From Macrostomum lignano (lineage: Eukaryota), in contig NIVC01000629.1 in NCBI GenBank assembly GCA_002269645.1, positions 248,001 through 312,000 on the forward strand: a stretch of DNA of 64,000 nucleotides, given 5' to 3'. The notes under the pieces are model-generated. The model searched no databases, was not told the origin of the DNA, and saw nothing but the letters and a program-made list of their open reading frames with translations. The position numbers and the translations under genes were made by a program. Numbering within the stretch: position 1 is the first letter of the stretch; the number at the start of each line of letters is the position of its first letter. This document shows, in pieces, positions 1 through 12,590 of the stretch.

Positions 1-272
1 GCCGATTTGTTATAACTCGGCAGGAGAATTCATCGGACTTGTGTGAGTCATCTTCGTCTCTTTGGTCCGCGGCTTCTTCGCGGTGACTTGTTGTTGGATA
101 ATACGAGTCTATGAGAATTTCCCGCAGGAATTAAGTTTTCCCGCAGAGGTTTGCCCGCGCGAGCTAATTTCCCGCAGTGAGGGTTTCCCGTAGGAAGTTT
201 TCCCGCGTGATTTTTCCGCAGCGAGGTTTTCCTGACTGAGCGATGGGTCGCGGGATTCTCGCGCTGACGCCG

Positions 273-545
273 TTAATGTAGATAACGAAAAGCAGGGGTG
301 CTAGAGCTGAAGGGCGCGGCGCAGCGTTCCTCGTCGAAGCTGCTGATTGCAGGCGCACCGCGGCGCGCGATCGTCTCAATAATGTCAGGGGCTGCTGGGT
401 CGCCTCGCGTGACGACACAGGCCGCTCCGCCTTGGGCGACGCTCTCGCTAGGCGAACCGTCGGAGTAGATGACGGTGTCTGCAGCGTGATGCCGGATAGC
501 GGCTTCCGCCTGGAGACGACCGGAGCTCGATCGCGGCGTCCGAGT
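273..545 (-). pseudogene. Non-LTR retrotransposon RNase H fragment
   Basis: Minus-strand ORF 273-725 contains TVIYSDGS...GGAACVVTRGDP...IETIARRGAPAISSFDEE, the YxDGS/GG/E pattern of RNase HI-like domains of I/Ingi/Nimb-type LINEs. It degenerates after the EE motif. Confidence 0.6.
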
Positions 546-1324
546 CCGCGGCAACTGAGTGGCGATGTTGATGACGCTTCGGCGGGGACCACGGGCAGTG
601 CGGGAGCGCCGGCAGCGACTCGCGGGGGCCAGGCTAGGAGTCCCGGCATACTTTTTGTTTATAGCAGCAGCGCTATGCTGCCGCGGGAGGGAGTCACAGT
701 GCAGAGCCTTGAGGGGACTGGCCACAGACAGACAACACAGACTCGTGCAGCTGTGCTACCAGCGGAAGGCCCTCGGTCAAAGACTGGCTATAATAACACT
801 GTGATTGTACCATACACTATACCGATAGCTACCGATGCCAAACTGGTGAGCATAAATGTATAATTCCCTTCTAACTTTCATTGTTTACTTTTGAGACAAA
901 CGCCTTAATTAAAATCTACTGCAAGCCATGCTGTACACCTATATATAACATATTCTCCAGGTGGATCTATCCAGGTGAATCTAGCCACCGCTGGATCTAG
1001 CAGAGCTCGAGCGGGCATTGCATGACCTGGCTGACTGCAGCACTTCGGGCACTGGCCCGATGAGGAATAAAAGTGGCAGATTGTCGCCACATGTAGACTG
1101 CAGACCCTCTGGAAGCTACATGTAACTCTGCTTTCAGCAACAAGCAAGCCGACACAGTAGATTTTGTTGGCATGGAGGACGCCATAAAAGACATCTGAAG
1201 CCAAAGTCTATAAGTAGAAAGTTGCTGAGCTAACTCGCTTTTATAATCTGCTCCAGGCTTTTGGGGAGAAGCTAGTAGTTGATCGTCCATCTGGCCTGAA
1301 AAACGTCACTCGGATCTCCCACTA

Positions 1325-1520
1325 GGGCTGTAGCCCAGTGGTTAGAGCGTCGGACTCATGACTTGAAGATCGGGGTTCGATTCTCGACCTACTTCGTAAC
1401 AATTTGTGTCCTTGAGCAAGACAATTAACTCTGCATATGGCTTCAGCTCACGCAGCTGTAAAATGGGTGCCAGCATTAGCTGGGGGTAATTGGGTGTGGC
1501 GACCCCCCAGTCCTTGGTCT
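1325..1520 (+). mobile_element. tRNA-derived SINE with CORE-like central domain
   Basis: tRNA-like head has an A box (TAGCCCAGTGG), a B box (GGTTCGATT) and a CAT anticodon-like loop, but the acceptor stem does not pair. It is followed by GTGTCCTTGAGCAAGACAATTAACT...CAGCTGTAAAATGGGTGCCAGC, which resembles the CORE-SINE consensus. Confidence 0.7.
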
Positions 1521-1971
1521 GAACAGCCGTACGCAGCCTTCAGATGCGCCGCGCAATAGCTGCGGCTGAGCTGTCGGTTGCACATCTGCCTATTAGGGCA
1601 GGTGTAATAAATTATTCATCCTTAAAAAAGACAAATGCCTGTTGATAATACGAAATGGTGCGATAGTGTTCTATGAATACAGCCCTCATCACTGAGATCG
1701 TGCCACTCGTCAGTCGTCATCGTCAAGTCAAATGTGTGCGCAACAGGATTAGCTACGACTTTAAAGTAACATCGGATCCTGCATTACAGAGATAAAAGAA
1801 CAAACCAATTGAATCAGATCACTTCATTTCTAACGTTTTAGGTTGGCAAGGTAAACTTATTAGTTATATGTTAAGCGTTCAATAAGCAACAACAGTTCGG
1901 TGTAGTAAACACGAGAAGTCACAGAAATGCCAGGATAATATTGAAACATTAGTCACGACAATTACACATGC

Positions 1972-2373
1972 GGTTACATGAATCCCGATTTGCCGAAATT
2001 CCTATCCTGATTGGATGGAATTATAAAATGGAATGGGTGGCGGGGAGGGATACTGATGGGGTGGAGAGGAAGTCGGTCATCAGGGCATATAAAGACCATC
2101 CTGTGGCGCATCAGAGACGTGATTTTTTCATTGGGTACTGACTGTACCAAGAAACTCTAATAAATCATTTATTATATCCAAACACAACAATTATTTTCTA
2201 TTTAGGAGTGAATTAATCGTTTCGCAATGGCTCAGACAGGCCCACCCGAAAGGGCGGACTTTATCAGGAGCGAAAGAGGATTTCGAAAGAGGAAATCAGG
2301 AATTTCGGCAAATCTGGAATCGGCGACTCGGGAATTTCGGCGAACCAGGAATCGGCGAATCGGGGGTAAACCC
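1972..2373. mobile_element. Possible degenerate non-autonomous TIR element (MULE-like subterminal repeats)
   Basis: Left end GGTTACATGAATCCCGATTTGCCGAAATTCC is loosely inverted at the right end by multiple TTCGGCGAA/GAATCGG repeats ending GGGTAAACCC. No clean TSD. Confidence 0.3.
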
Positions 2374-2509
2374 ATGCGGGTTGCGATACCTTTATTTGGG
2401 TGAGAGTTCTTTCATAAAAATAATGTAACATAAGTTAAATCATTTAGTAAATTCAATTCGAATTCACCAGCCAGTTAAACTGTTTGGCTGTGGGGTGTGT
2501 TGACTCACT

Positions 2510-3075
2510 GCATCAGAAAGCCAGTGCACAGGTGAGTCATAGCCACACCCCTAGGATAGACACCCATCAGAAAGCCAGTGCACAGCTGAGCCACAGCCAC
2601 ACCCCTAGGACAGACACCCATCAGAAAGCCACTGCACAGGTGAGCCACAGACACACCCCTAGGACAGACACCCATCAGAAAGCCAGTGCACAGGTGAGCC
2701 ACAGCCACACCCCTAGGACAGACAGCCATCAGAAAGCCACTGCACAGGTGAGCCACAGCCACACCCCTAGGACAGACAGCCATCAGAAAGCCACTGCACA
2801 GGTGAGCCACAGACACACCCCTAGGACAGACACCCATCAGAAAGCCAGTGCACAGGTGAGCCACAGCCACACCCCTAGGACAGACACCCATCAGAAAGCC
2901 ACTGCACAGGTGAGTCACAGCCACACCCCTAGGACAGACACCCATCAGAAAGCCACTGCACAGGTGAGTCACAGCCACACCCCTAGGACAGACAGCCATC
3001 AGAAAGCCAGTGCACAGGTGAGCCACAGCCACACCCCTAGGACAGACACCCATCAGAAAGCCACTGCACAGGTGA
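2510..3075. repeat. 54-bp minisatellite, about 10 copies
   Basis: Unit CCCATCAGAAAGCCASTGCACAGGTGAGCCACAGCCACACCCCTAGGACAGACA; it produces the 18-aa repeats in ORF 2484-3563. Confidence 0.95.
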
Positions 3076-3196
3076 TCCACCACCCTCGCTGGAAGAGCTC
3101 AAAGCCAGCAGAGACTACTAGCTACCCCAAAAACCAGCTCAAAACGTCAATCGCAGCAAAACTGGCTCAGTTGTCAACAAACTCGCAGTTAGTCTA

Positions 3197-5154
3197 TCAG
3201 TCAGTCGGCATAGCGGACCTGCGCAGCTGGGCGCACCTGTCGGGCAGCAGGCCGGTTCCTTCGCCTTCGCCATTGCTATTAATGCGCAGAGTGGTGCATC
3301 GCTGCAGCAGGTTCCGGCCGCCCAAGAAAACGTGCTTGTGGGTGCTGCTGAGATGGCGCATCAGATGGCTGAACCGGTTGAAACTCTGGCAGCAGATGCG
3401 ATTCAACGGGCACATAAACGGATCGTCGAGACGCCTCTTACTTGGCTTTTTCTGCTTCTTCTGCTTCTGTTGCAGTGCCGGTTTCGAGTCCAATTCAACG
3501 ATGCGGAGCTCCGCCTGCTCCGCACTGCCGAGGTCCAACACCTCGTCGCTGGAGCCGCAATGACTGGCCAGGTGAACTCGCAGCTGCTCTGCGTCTTCCA
3601 TGATGTCGCCGCAGTCGCTGAACGGACAGGCCAATTTCAAATCGTTCAGCAAGGCCGCCTGCTCAGCTGGCGGGTTATCCAATTCTGAAAGTCGCATTAA
3701 GGACATCTGTTTGAGTAGTCAGGTCAGGTGCTAGATAAATCCCAGAGGACCTGTCAGCACCGCATCACTCCAGAGTCCCACCTGTCAGCACCGAATCCCT
3801 CCCAGAGTCCCACCTGTAAGCACCGCATCCCTCTCAGAGTCCCACCTGTCAGCACCGCATCCCTCTCAGAGTCCCACCTGTCAGCACCGCATCCCTCTCA
3901 GAGTCCCACCTGTCAGCACCGCATCCCTCCCAGAGTCCCACCTGTCAGCACCGCATCCCTCCCAGAGTCCCACCTGTCAGCACCGCATCCCTCCCAGAGT
4001 CCCACCTGTCAGCACCGCATCCCTCCCAGAGTCCCACCTGTAAGCACCGCATCCCTCCCAGAGTCCCACCTGTCAGCACCGCATCCCTCCCAGAGTCCCA
4101 TCTGTCAGCTCCGCATCACTCCCAGAGTCCCATCTGTCAGCACCGCATCACTCCCAGAGTCCCACCTGTCAGCACCGCATCCCTCCCAGAGTCCCACCTG
4201 TCAGCACCGCATCCCTCCCAGAGTCCCACCTGTCAGCACCGCATCCCTCCCAGAGTCCCACCTGTCAGCACCGCATCCCTCCCAGAGTCCCATCTGTCAG
4301 CACCGCATCACTCCCAGAGTCCCATCTGTCAGCACCGCATCACTCCCAGAGTCCCATCTGTCAGCACCGCATCCCTCCCAGAGTCCCATCTGTCAGCACC
4401 GCATCACTCCCAGAGTCCCATCTGTCAGCACCGCATCACTCCCAGAGTCCCATCTGTCAGCACCGCATCACTTCCAGAGTCCCACCTGTCAGCACCGCAT
4501 CCCTCCCAGAGTCCCACCTGTCAGCACCGCATCCCTCCCAGAGTCCCACCTGTCAGCACCGCAACCCTTCCACATATAGTTGAGCTCAAAAGTTGCATAC
4601 TCACCACGTTCTTTCTGTCCGGATTTTTTCTTGCTCAGGTGCAGCTTCCCGTCCCGATGCAGAGTCTCCACATGCCGCCGCAAGTGGTTGGCGCGGCCGA
4701 ACGGTCTGTAGCACAGGTCACAGACAAACCGTTTAATCCCATTGTGCGTCAGTTCCATGTGACGCTTCAAATCGTGCAACCTGGCAAACGCTTGGCTGCA
4801 CAGCTGGCAAGGGTGCTGGGGATTATTGCGGACACCTTTGCAATAGGACAGGTGCGAGTTGTAGCTGATATGGTTGGCGTAGCTGCCGCCGCACTCGTCG
4901 CACTTGACGGCTTGGAAGCTGGCGGCGCCGCTAGAGTTGGCCATCTGGCAAGAGGCCTCGTGCAGCACGGCATAGCGGCGAGTTTTAAAGGCCTTGTTGC
5001 AGTGCCGGCACACTATTGATGCCGACTTCTTAGCGGCTTTGGTTCTTTGCCGGCTTTTAGTAGAATATTTCTGTTCCTCATCTTCATTCTCCGGCTGCTG
5101 GTCAGGTTTGGGCCTTTTTAATTGCCTCGGCTTGGTGAACTTTCGCCTGGGCAT
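3197..5154 (-). CDS. C2H2 zinc-finger protein, 2 exons (5154-4605, 3684-3197)
   Basis: Multiple CxxC...HxxxH fingers (CRHCNKAF, CDECGGSY, CQLCSQAFARLHDLKRHMELTH, CDLCYRPFGRANHLRRHVETLH, CPLNRICCQSFNRFSHLMRHLSSTH). Donor G|GTGAGT and acceptor TTTCAG|AA are both phase 1 and join in frame (KERE-LDNPP). Confidence 0.8.
3740..4562. repeat. 32-bp minisatellite (about 26 copies) filling the zinc-finger gene intron
   Basis: Unit CCCAGAGTCCCACCTGTCAGCACCGCATCCCT, lying inside intron 3685-4604. Confidence 0.95.
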
Positions 5155-5274
5155 TTGTCAATAATATTCTAGCTGGAATGCAGTACAAGGCTGCTGCTAT
5201 GATTCAATGAAATGAAAAACACTATTTATCCTAAATTAGTCATCATTTTCGATTACGTCATGGTCTAGATTATG

Positions 5275-5620
5275 TGGGTAATGGCCTATACAAATATGGG
5301 TAATGGCCTATACAGATATTGGTAATGGCCTATACAGATATTGGTAATGGCCTGTACAAATATGGGTAATGACTTATACAAATATGGGTAATGACCTATA
5401 CAGATATGGGTAATGGCCTATACAAATATGGGTAATGGCGAATACAGATATTGGTAATGGCCTATACAGATATTGGTAATGGCCTGTACAAATATGGGTA
5501 ATGACTTATACAAATATGGGTAATGACCTATACAGATATGGGTAATGGCCTATACAAATATGGGTAATGGCGAATACAGATATTGGTAATGGCTAATATA
5601 AATATGGCTTATGACTTATA
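5275..5620. repeat. 22-bp minisatellite in the gap between the dehydrogenase and zinc-finger genes
   Basis: Unit GGGTAATGGCCTATACAAATAT, about 15 copies. Confidence 0.9.
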
Positions 5621-6038
5621 AAAATATGGATCATTATCTAGACAAATGTGCACATTATCTAGAGAGCATAGGTCATGATCTAAAGGCGAGAATATGAAAA
5701 TCAAACATTTAATAATTTTGATCAATAACTAGTCATAAAAACTATTACCACGAGCCGTAATATAGAAATCTATATTTTCAAAACAAATTCAAGGTGTGCA
5801 ATCTAAAAAGAGCAAAAAATACTTCATTGTTAATTACCAAATTCTGACCATTACTGGGCCTTACAATTTAAGTAGACTGAAAATGCCTATAAAATCAGCA
5901 ACAAGACAAGATCATTGGGTCAAAAAGATAATTACTGAAATATTGAAATAAACTCTACAAGCACACGGGCAGTCAATCATAGTGAAAAAAATTGTTAAAA
6001 TCACTAAACTACGAATGCTACTAAAAGTAGCACAAGCT

Positions 6039-9000
6039 TCATTTGGCCGACTCCGGGGTGAGAGGCGGGGTCAGGGTGGGCTGGCCTGCCAGCGCCCTGG
6101 CCAGATTATCCAGGCACAGCCGGTGCAGTCTGCGGGTTGGACAGGTCGATTTGCGATAATGGGTCACGTGACTAGCGACCAGCTGGCAGAGCTACTGTAC
6201 ACACGGGATTACACAGCACAGTCACAATCAGGATCACACAGCACAGTCACAATCAGGATCACACAGCACAGTCACACTAAGGATCACACAGCAGTCACAC
6301 TCAGGATCACACAGCAGTCACACTCAGGATCGCACAGCACAGTCACACTCAGGATCACACAGCACAGTCACACTAAGGATCACACAGCAGTCACACTCAG
6401 GATCACACAGCAGTCACACTCAGGATCACACAGCAGTCACACTCAGGATCACACAGCACAGTCACACTCAGGATCACACAGCACAGTCACACTCAGGATC
6501 ACACAGCACAGCCACACTCAGGATCACACAGCACAGTCACACTCAGGATCACACAGCACAGTCACACTCAGGATCACACAGCACAGCCACACTCAGGATC
6601 ACACAGCACAGCCACACTCAGGATCACACAGCACAGCCACACAGGTCACGCACCTGGCCATGGTATCCACAGTGTGGGTGCCCACATGGGGGCTGACTGT
6701 GACATTGAGCCGGACAGCCTCTGTCAGCAGCGGATGGTCGCTGGGCAGAGGCTCCGGATCCGTGACGTCCAGCCCGGCGCCGTAGATTTTGCCAAGGCGC
6801 AGAGCCGTCAGCAGAGCGTCGGTGTCCACCAGGCCGCCGCGGCCAACGTTGATCAAGAATGCGGTTGGCGACATCAGCGTCAGTCGTCGGGCGTCGACTA
6901 GGTGCCGAGTCTGTTCAGTCAGGGGACAGGCCAGCAGGAGGACGTCAGAGCCGGCTGCCAGATCGTCCAGGCTGGCGACGAACTCAGCGCCGCCAAGCGA
7001 GGCTTCAACGTCTGACGGGGCGCGCCGTCGCTGGTGATAGGCGATGTGCATGCCGAGGCCGCCGGGGCTGCAGCGTTTGGCCACGGCGCGGCCGACGCTG
7101 CCGAGGCCGACGATGCCAAGGCGACGGCCCAGGAGATCCTGGGGGTGCCGAGCACCGATGCGCACGGTTTAGGGCCGATTCTTGGGACTGATTAGGGCCG
7201 ATTCTTGGGACTGATTAGGGCCGATTCTTGGGACTGATTAGGGCCGATTCTTGGGACTGATTAGTGCCGATTCTTGGAACTGATTAGTGCCGATTCTTGG
7301 GACTGATTAGGGCCGATTATTGGGACTGATTAGGGCCGATTCTTAAGACTGATTAGGGCCGATTCTTGTGACTGATTAGGGCCGATTCTTGGGACTGATT
7401 AGGGCCGATTCTTAAGACTGATTAGGGCCGATTCTTGGGACTGATTAGGGCCGATTCTTGGGACTGATTAGTGCCGATTCTTGGGACTGATTAGTGCCGA
7501 TTCTTGGGACTGATTAGGGCCGATTCTTGGGACTGATTAGGGCCGATTCTTGGGACTGATTAGTGCCGATTCTTGGGACTGATAAGAGCCGATTCTTGGG
7601 ACTTTTTAGTGCCGATTCTTGGGACTGTTTAGTGCCGATTCTTGGGACTGATTAGGGCCGATTCTTGGGACTGATTAGTGCCGATTCTTGCGACTGATTA
7701 GGGTAGATTGTAAAGAATGATTGTAAAGGCTTTGATTTGAAGGGCCGATAGGGCCACTACAGCGATTCTGTTTAATATTCCTGATACGCATTTGGATAAA
7801 TTATCATCAGATTAATAGTCATCCCTATCCTTCTCTACCTGTCCGGGTTCGATGCCCGGCCAGCCAGTCGAATGTCCGGCAGCCAGAGCGGCCGCCATGG
7901 CCGAGGCTCGCCTAGCAACGGATAGCATGAGGTAGACGGCAGTCTCAGCCGTGGCATCGGCAATGACGCCAGGCGTGTTGGTGACGGTGACCGAGCGATC
8001 CGCGAGTGCGCGCAAGTTCAAATGATCAAATCCGACACCGTAGCTGGCCACTGCCTGGGTGAGGAGGGAGAGGGCACTGCCTAAGTAAATGAGCAAAAAC
8101 CAGGGGAGAGGGAGGGTGAGATGCGAAAACCATGGGGGAGAGGGAGGGTGAGATGCGAAAACCATGGGGGGGAGAGAGAGTGAGATGCAGAAACCAGGGG
8201 GAGAGGGAGGGTGAGATGCAGAAACCAGGGGGAGAGGGAGGGTGAGATGTAGAAACCAGGGGGAGAGGGAGGGTCAGATGCAGAAACCAGGGGGAGAGGG
8301 AGGGTGAGATGCAGAAACCAGGGGGAGAGGGAGGGTGAGATGCAGAAACCAGGGGGAGAGGGAGGGTGAGATGCAGAAACCAGGGGGAGAGGGAGGGTCA
8401 GATGCAGAAACCAGGGGGAGAGGGAGGGTGAGATGCAGAAACCAGGGGGAGAGGGAGGTGAGATGTAAAAAACCATGAGGGAGAGGGGGGTGAGATGCAG
8501 AAATCAGAAATCAGAGGGGAGAGGGAGGGTCAGATGCAGAAACCAGGGGGAGAGGGAGGGTGAGATGCAGAAACCAGGGGGAGAGGGAGGGTGAGATGCA
8601 GAAACCAGGGGAGAGGGAGGGTGAGATGCAGAAACCAGGGGGAGAGGGAGGGTGAGATGCAGAAACCAGGGGGAGGGAGGGTGAGATGCAGAAACCAGGG
8701 GGAGAGGGAGGGTGAGATGCAGAAACCAGGGGGAGAGGGAGGGTATGCAGAAACCAGGGGGAGAGGGAGGGTGAGATGCAGAAACTAGGGGAGAGGGAGG
8801 TGAGATGTAAAAAAACATGAGGGAGAGGGGGTGAGATGCAGAAACCAGAGGGGAGAGGGAGGTGAGATGCAGAAACCTGGGGGAGAGGGTGAGATACCGA
8901 TGCAAGATCATATATGTACAACTGCCAGCTGACCCAGCCAATATAGTAGGCATGAATTTTGGCAGATTAGGTCAAATTGCACTTACCTTCAAATCAGGCA

Positions 9001-9226
9001 GGTTAGCCAAGCCTCCATCATCAAGAATTCCACTGTCAATGGTGACAAAAGCGGCTTGGACCCCAGGCCCATAGTGGCTAGGCTGCTTGACAAAGTCATC
9101 ATAGTACACTAAGCTGAACTGCTTAGCAGCATCAGTCCAGAAAGCTGGCAATAATTCCTGGTGACAGCGAGGCACCAAACACCTTGGCTTATCTGCACTA
9201 GAGAGTCCACTTGCTATAGTGGACAT
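6039..9226 (-). CDS. D-isomer-specific 2-hydroxyacid dehydrogenase (glyoxylate/hydroxypyruvate reductase-like), 4 exons: 9226-8987, 8054-7839, 7138-6654, 6129-6039 (about 343 aa)
   Basis: Motifs VASYGVGFDHL, VTNTPGVIADATAE, LGIVGLGSVG (Rossmann), FLINVGRGGLVD, GAGLDVTDPEPLP, SPHVG. All three introns are GT-AG with matching phases (0, 0, 2). GRHPR-like, but orthology is not certain. Confidence 0.9.
6205..6640. repeat. 23/25-bp minisatellite in dehydrogenase intron 3
   Basis: Unit CACACTCAGGATCACACAGCA(CA)GT. Confidence 0.9.
7170..7705. repeat. 23-bp minisatellite in dehydrogenase intron 2
   Basis: Unit TTAGGGCCGATTCTTGGGACTGA, about 23 copies. Confidence 0.95.
8100..8895. repeat. About 31-bp G-rich minisatellite in dehydrogenase intron 1
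   Basis: Unit GAGATGCAGAAACCAGGGGGAGAGGGAGGGT. Confidence 0.95.
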
Positions 9227-9745
9227 GTTTTGATATAGTGAAAATTGATATTTATAGCTATGCTGCAGTTTTGTTCCACACAATCTGCATGGGAACCTGC
9301 AGAGCAGCTGATATGAAATTTGCTGAAAATCATACAAAAAACGAAATGGATTACATTATTGATTTTTATAAAATACCAAAAACAAACTCTTTGTATAGGC
9401 CTTGTAAACCTATAAGGTATCTGAGATGTTCAAAAACTAAACAAATTAAAAATGGTACAAATAGACAGATTAGCCCAAAGCAAAAATATAATAAAAAAAG
9501 TTTTATATTGCAAACAAACTTAGATAAAGTCAATGGCAACATTTTATAAATAAATTTTTCTATTTTGTATTTTATTTAGAATGATTTTGGTAGGCGGCGA
9601 GGCCTAATTAAATTTACAAATTACCTAAGTAAAATATAAAGCAATATTGTTCCTCAAATTTTAAAGTTTTTTAGAATATAGTTGGTGATCAAAGACACAT
9701 GATTGTAAATACATTGTATAAATAGACTTCAATACTTAGTGCAAA

Positions 9746-12590
9746 CTAGCCAATCCCAACCCCCGTTGGGGCTTTCCGTCCAAACTCCAACCACAGTTTT
9801 CCCCATCCCCAAAATCCCCGATGCAAAGAATCCCCATCCAAAGAACCCCCATCGATAGAATCACCGATCCGAATAATTCCCATTCAGTGAATCCCCTACT
9901 CAAGAAATCCCCGATCTACAGAAGCCCCCTATCTAAAGAATCCCCATCCAAAGAATCCTTCATCCACAGAATCCAAATATAAAGAATCCTCCATCCATCC
10001 AAATCCAAAGAATCCCCCCAGTAAATCCCCATCCAAATAATTCACATCATAATCCCCATCTAAATAAACCATAGATCTCCCATCTAAATAATCCATAGAT
10101 CTCCCATCTAAATAATCCATAGATCTCCCATCTAAATAATCCATAGATCTCCCATCTAAATAATCTCAGCAAGTCCCTCTTAAGCCTTCACATCTCATTA
10201 ATTCCAATAGGTAAGATTTTATACGTGCATTTCAATAAATCCCCTGTAAATCTTGAAATCTTAGAATTCTCTTCCGAGCAAGCATCCCCTGATAGAAAGT
10301 ACCCCCACCAAGATTAGTGAAACAATTTCCTCAGCTAGCCAATTCCAACCCCCGTTGGGGCTTTCCGTCCAAACTCCAACCACAGTTTTCCCACGCAATA
10401 AAATTTCACCCAACTGAATCTCAAATTTAAAGAATCCCCCATTCAAAGAATCCACCACCCATAGAATCCACGATACAAAGAATCTCACATGCAAAAAGCC
10501 CCCATCCAAAAAAAACCTCCCATCGATAGAATTCCCGATCCGAAGAATTCCCCATTGAATGAATCCTCCTTCCTCCTATCTGAAAAATTGCCCATCCATA
10601 GAATATTACATGCAGAGAATCCCCATCCAAAGAACCCCCATCGATAGAATCCCCGATCCGAAGAATTCCCCTTCCAATGAATCCCCCATCGACAGAATCC
10701 CCTAGCCAAAGAATCCCCCATCCATCCATATCCAAAGAATCCCCATCCATCCATATCCAAAGAACCCCCCATCCATCCATATCCAAAGAACCCCCCATCC
10801 ATCCATATCCAAAGAATCCCCCATCCATCCATATCCAAAGAATCCCCCATCCATCCATATCCAAAGAATCCCCCATCCATCCATTTCCAAAGAATCCCCC
10901 ATCCATCCATATCCAAAGAATCCCCCATCCATCCATATCCAAAGAATCCCCCATCCATCCATATCCAAAGAATCCCCCATCCATCCCTATCCAAAGAATT
11001 CCCCAGATCCATCCATATCCCCCCATCCATCCCTATCCTAAGAATCCCCCCATCCATCCATATCCAAAGAATCCCCCATCCATCCCTATCCAAAGAATCC
11101 CCCGATCCATCCCTATCCCCCCCATCCATCCATATCCAAAGAATCCCCCATCCATCCCTATCCAAAGAACCCCCCCCCGATCCATCCCTATCCCCCCATC
11201 CATCCCTATCCCCACATCCATCCCTATCCCCCGATCCATCCCTATCCCCACATCCATCCCTATACAAAGAATCACCCCATCGATTCATATCCAAAGAATC
11301 CCCGACCTCCATCCATATCCGAAAAATCCCCCTCCAAAGAATCCCAATCCAAATAATCCCCATCCACAGAATCCCGATCAAAATAATGCAAAGATACACT
11401 CATCTCAATAAACCTCCATCAAAAGAAGCATTGGCCAAAGAGTCCCCTCATCTAAAGAACCCCGTCCAAATAATCCAAAGAATCATACTCCAAAAAATCT
11501 CCATCCAAAGAATCCAAAGAATCCCCCGTCCAAATAATCCCCCATCAATAAAATCCTGGGCTAAAGAATCCCCTCATCTAAAGAATCCCCGTCCAAACAA
11601 TCCCATCATATTCAAAGGATCCCTTTATCGAAAGAATCTTTCATCTATAGAATCCCCCATTCAAAGAAACCTCCATCGAAAGAACCCCGCATCGATGTAA
11701 TTTCCCAATGAATCACCTATCTAAAGATATCCATTAGAAGCAGCCCTCATGGAAGGAATCCCCAATCCACAGAATTCCCCCCCAAGACTTGACATCTCAA
11801 CAATTCCCCCAAACCTAGAGACCTCAGTAATTCTCTCTTAAGCTTTGACATCTCAGCAATTCGCTCTCAAGACTTGAAATTTTAGGAATTTCCCCGCCAA
11901 GACTTGACATCTCAGCAGTCCTTCAAGTAAGCCTTTATATCTCAGTGATTCCCCCAGTAAGCCTTGGCATCTCAGCAGTCCTCCAAGTAAGCCTTTATAT
12001 CTCAGTGATTCCCCCAGTAAGTCTTGACATCTTAGCAATTTCTCCCCGTCCAAAACCTAACATCTCAGCGATTCCCCCAAGCCTTGACATTTTAGAAATT
12101 CCCCCCCCCCCGACGCCAGCAGTTCCCTTATTAAGCCTTTATATCTCAGAAATCCCCCCAAGCCTTAACATCTCAGCAATCCCCCACCAAGCCTTGGCAT
12201 CTCAGAAAGTCCCTCTTCAGCCTTGAGAGCGAATTGCTGAGATGTCAAAGCTTAAGAGAGAATGAACTGAGGTGTCAAGGCTCAGTGATTTCCTCAGTAG
12301 GTCTTCACAACTTAGCAATTTCTCCCCGTCCAAATGCCTGACATCTCAGAAATTCCCCCACGCCTTTAAACCTCAGCAATTTCTTTGGCATCTCAGCAAG
12401 TCCCTTTAAGGCTTGAAATCTCAGTAATTCCCCAGTAAGCCTGCATATCTGAATAATTCCCCAGTATGTCTTGACATCTTAGCAATCTCACCCGATCAAG
12501 CATGCCCTAAGAGCAAGCGTCCTTTTGATAGCAAGCATCCCCTGATAGAAAGTAACCCAAGCAAGACAGTGAAACAATTTACTCAGCTAG
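9746..12590 (-). mobile_element. Head-to-tail dimer of a Helitron-like non-autonomous element with internal C-rich repeat expansions
   Basis: Module A (9746-9803 = 10335-10392) and module B (10277-10340 = 12530-12590) give an A..B/A..B layout joined at CTAG. On the minus strand the unit ends with a CCCC-AAC-GGGG hairpin about 12 nt before CTAG. Confidence 0.5.

Noticed and set aside
566-797. TGTT...AACA segment as a solo LTR
   Set aside because: No target-site duplication and no second copy in the window.
905-1320. Two overlapping minus-strand ORFs with a CPKC..PGH motif (possible gag remnant)
   Set aside because: No convincing family motif, PBS or LTR pair; too weak to call.
1325-1397. Functional tRNA-Met gene
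   Set aside because: The acceptor stem does not pair and the sequence runs straight into a SINE-like body.
7170-7705. TTAGGG within each repeat unit, suggesting interstitial telomere
   Set aside because: There is only one hexamer per 23-bp unit, often mutated to TTAGTG, and no (TTAGGG)n run.
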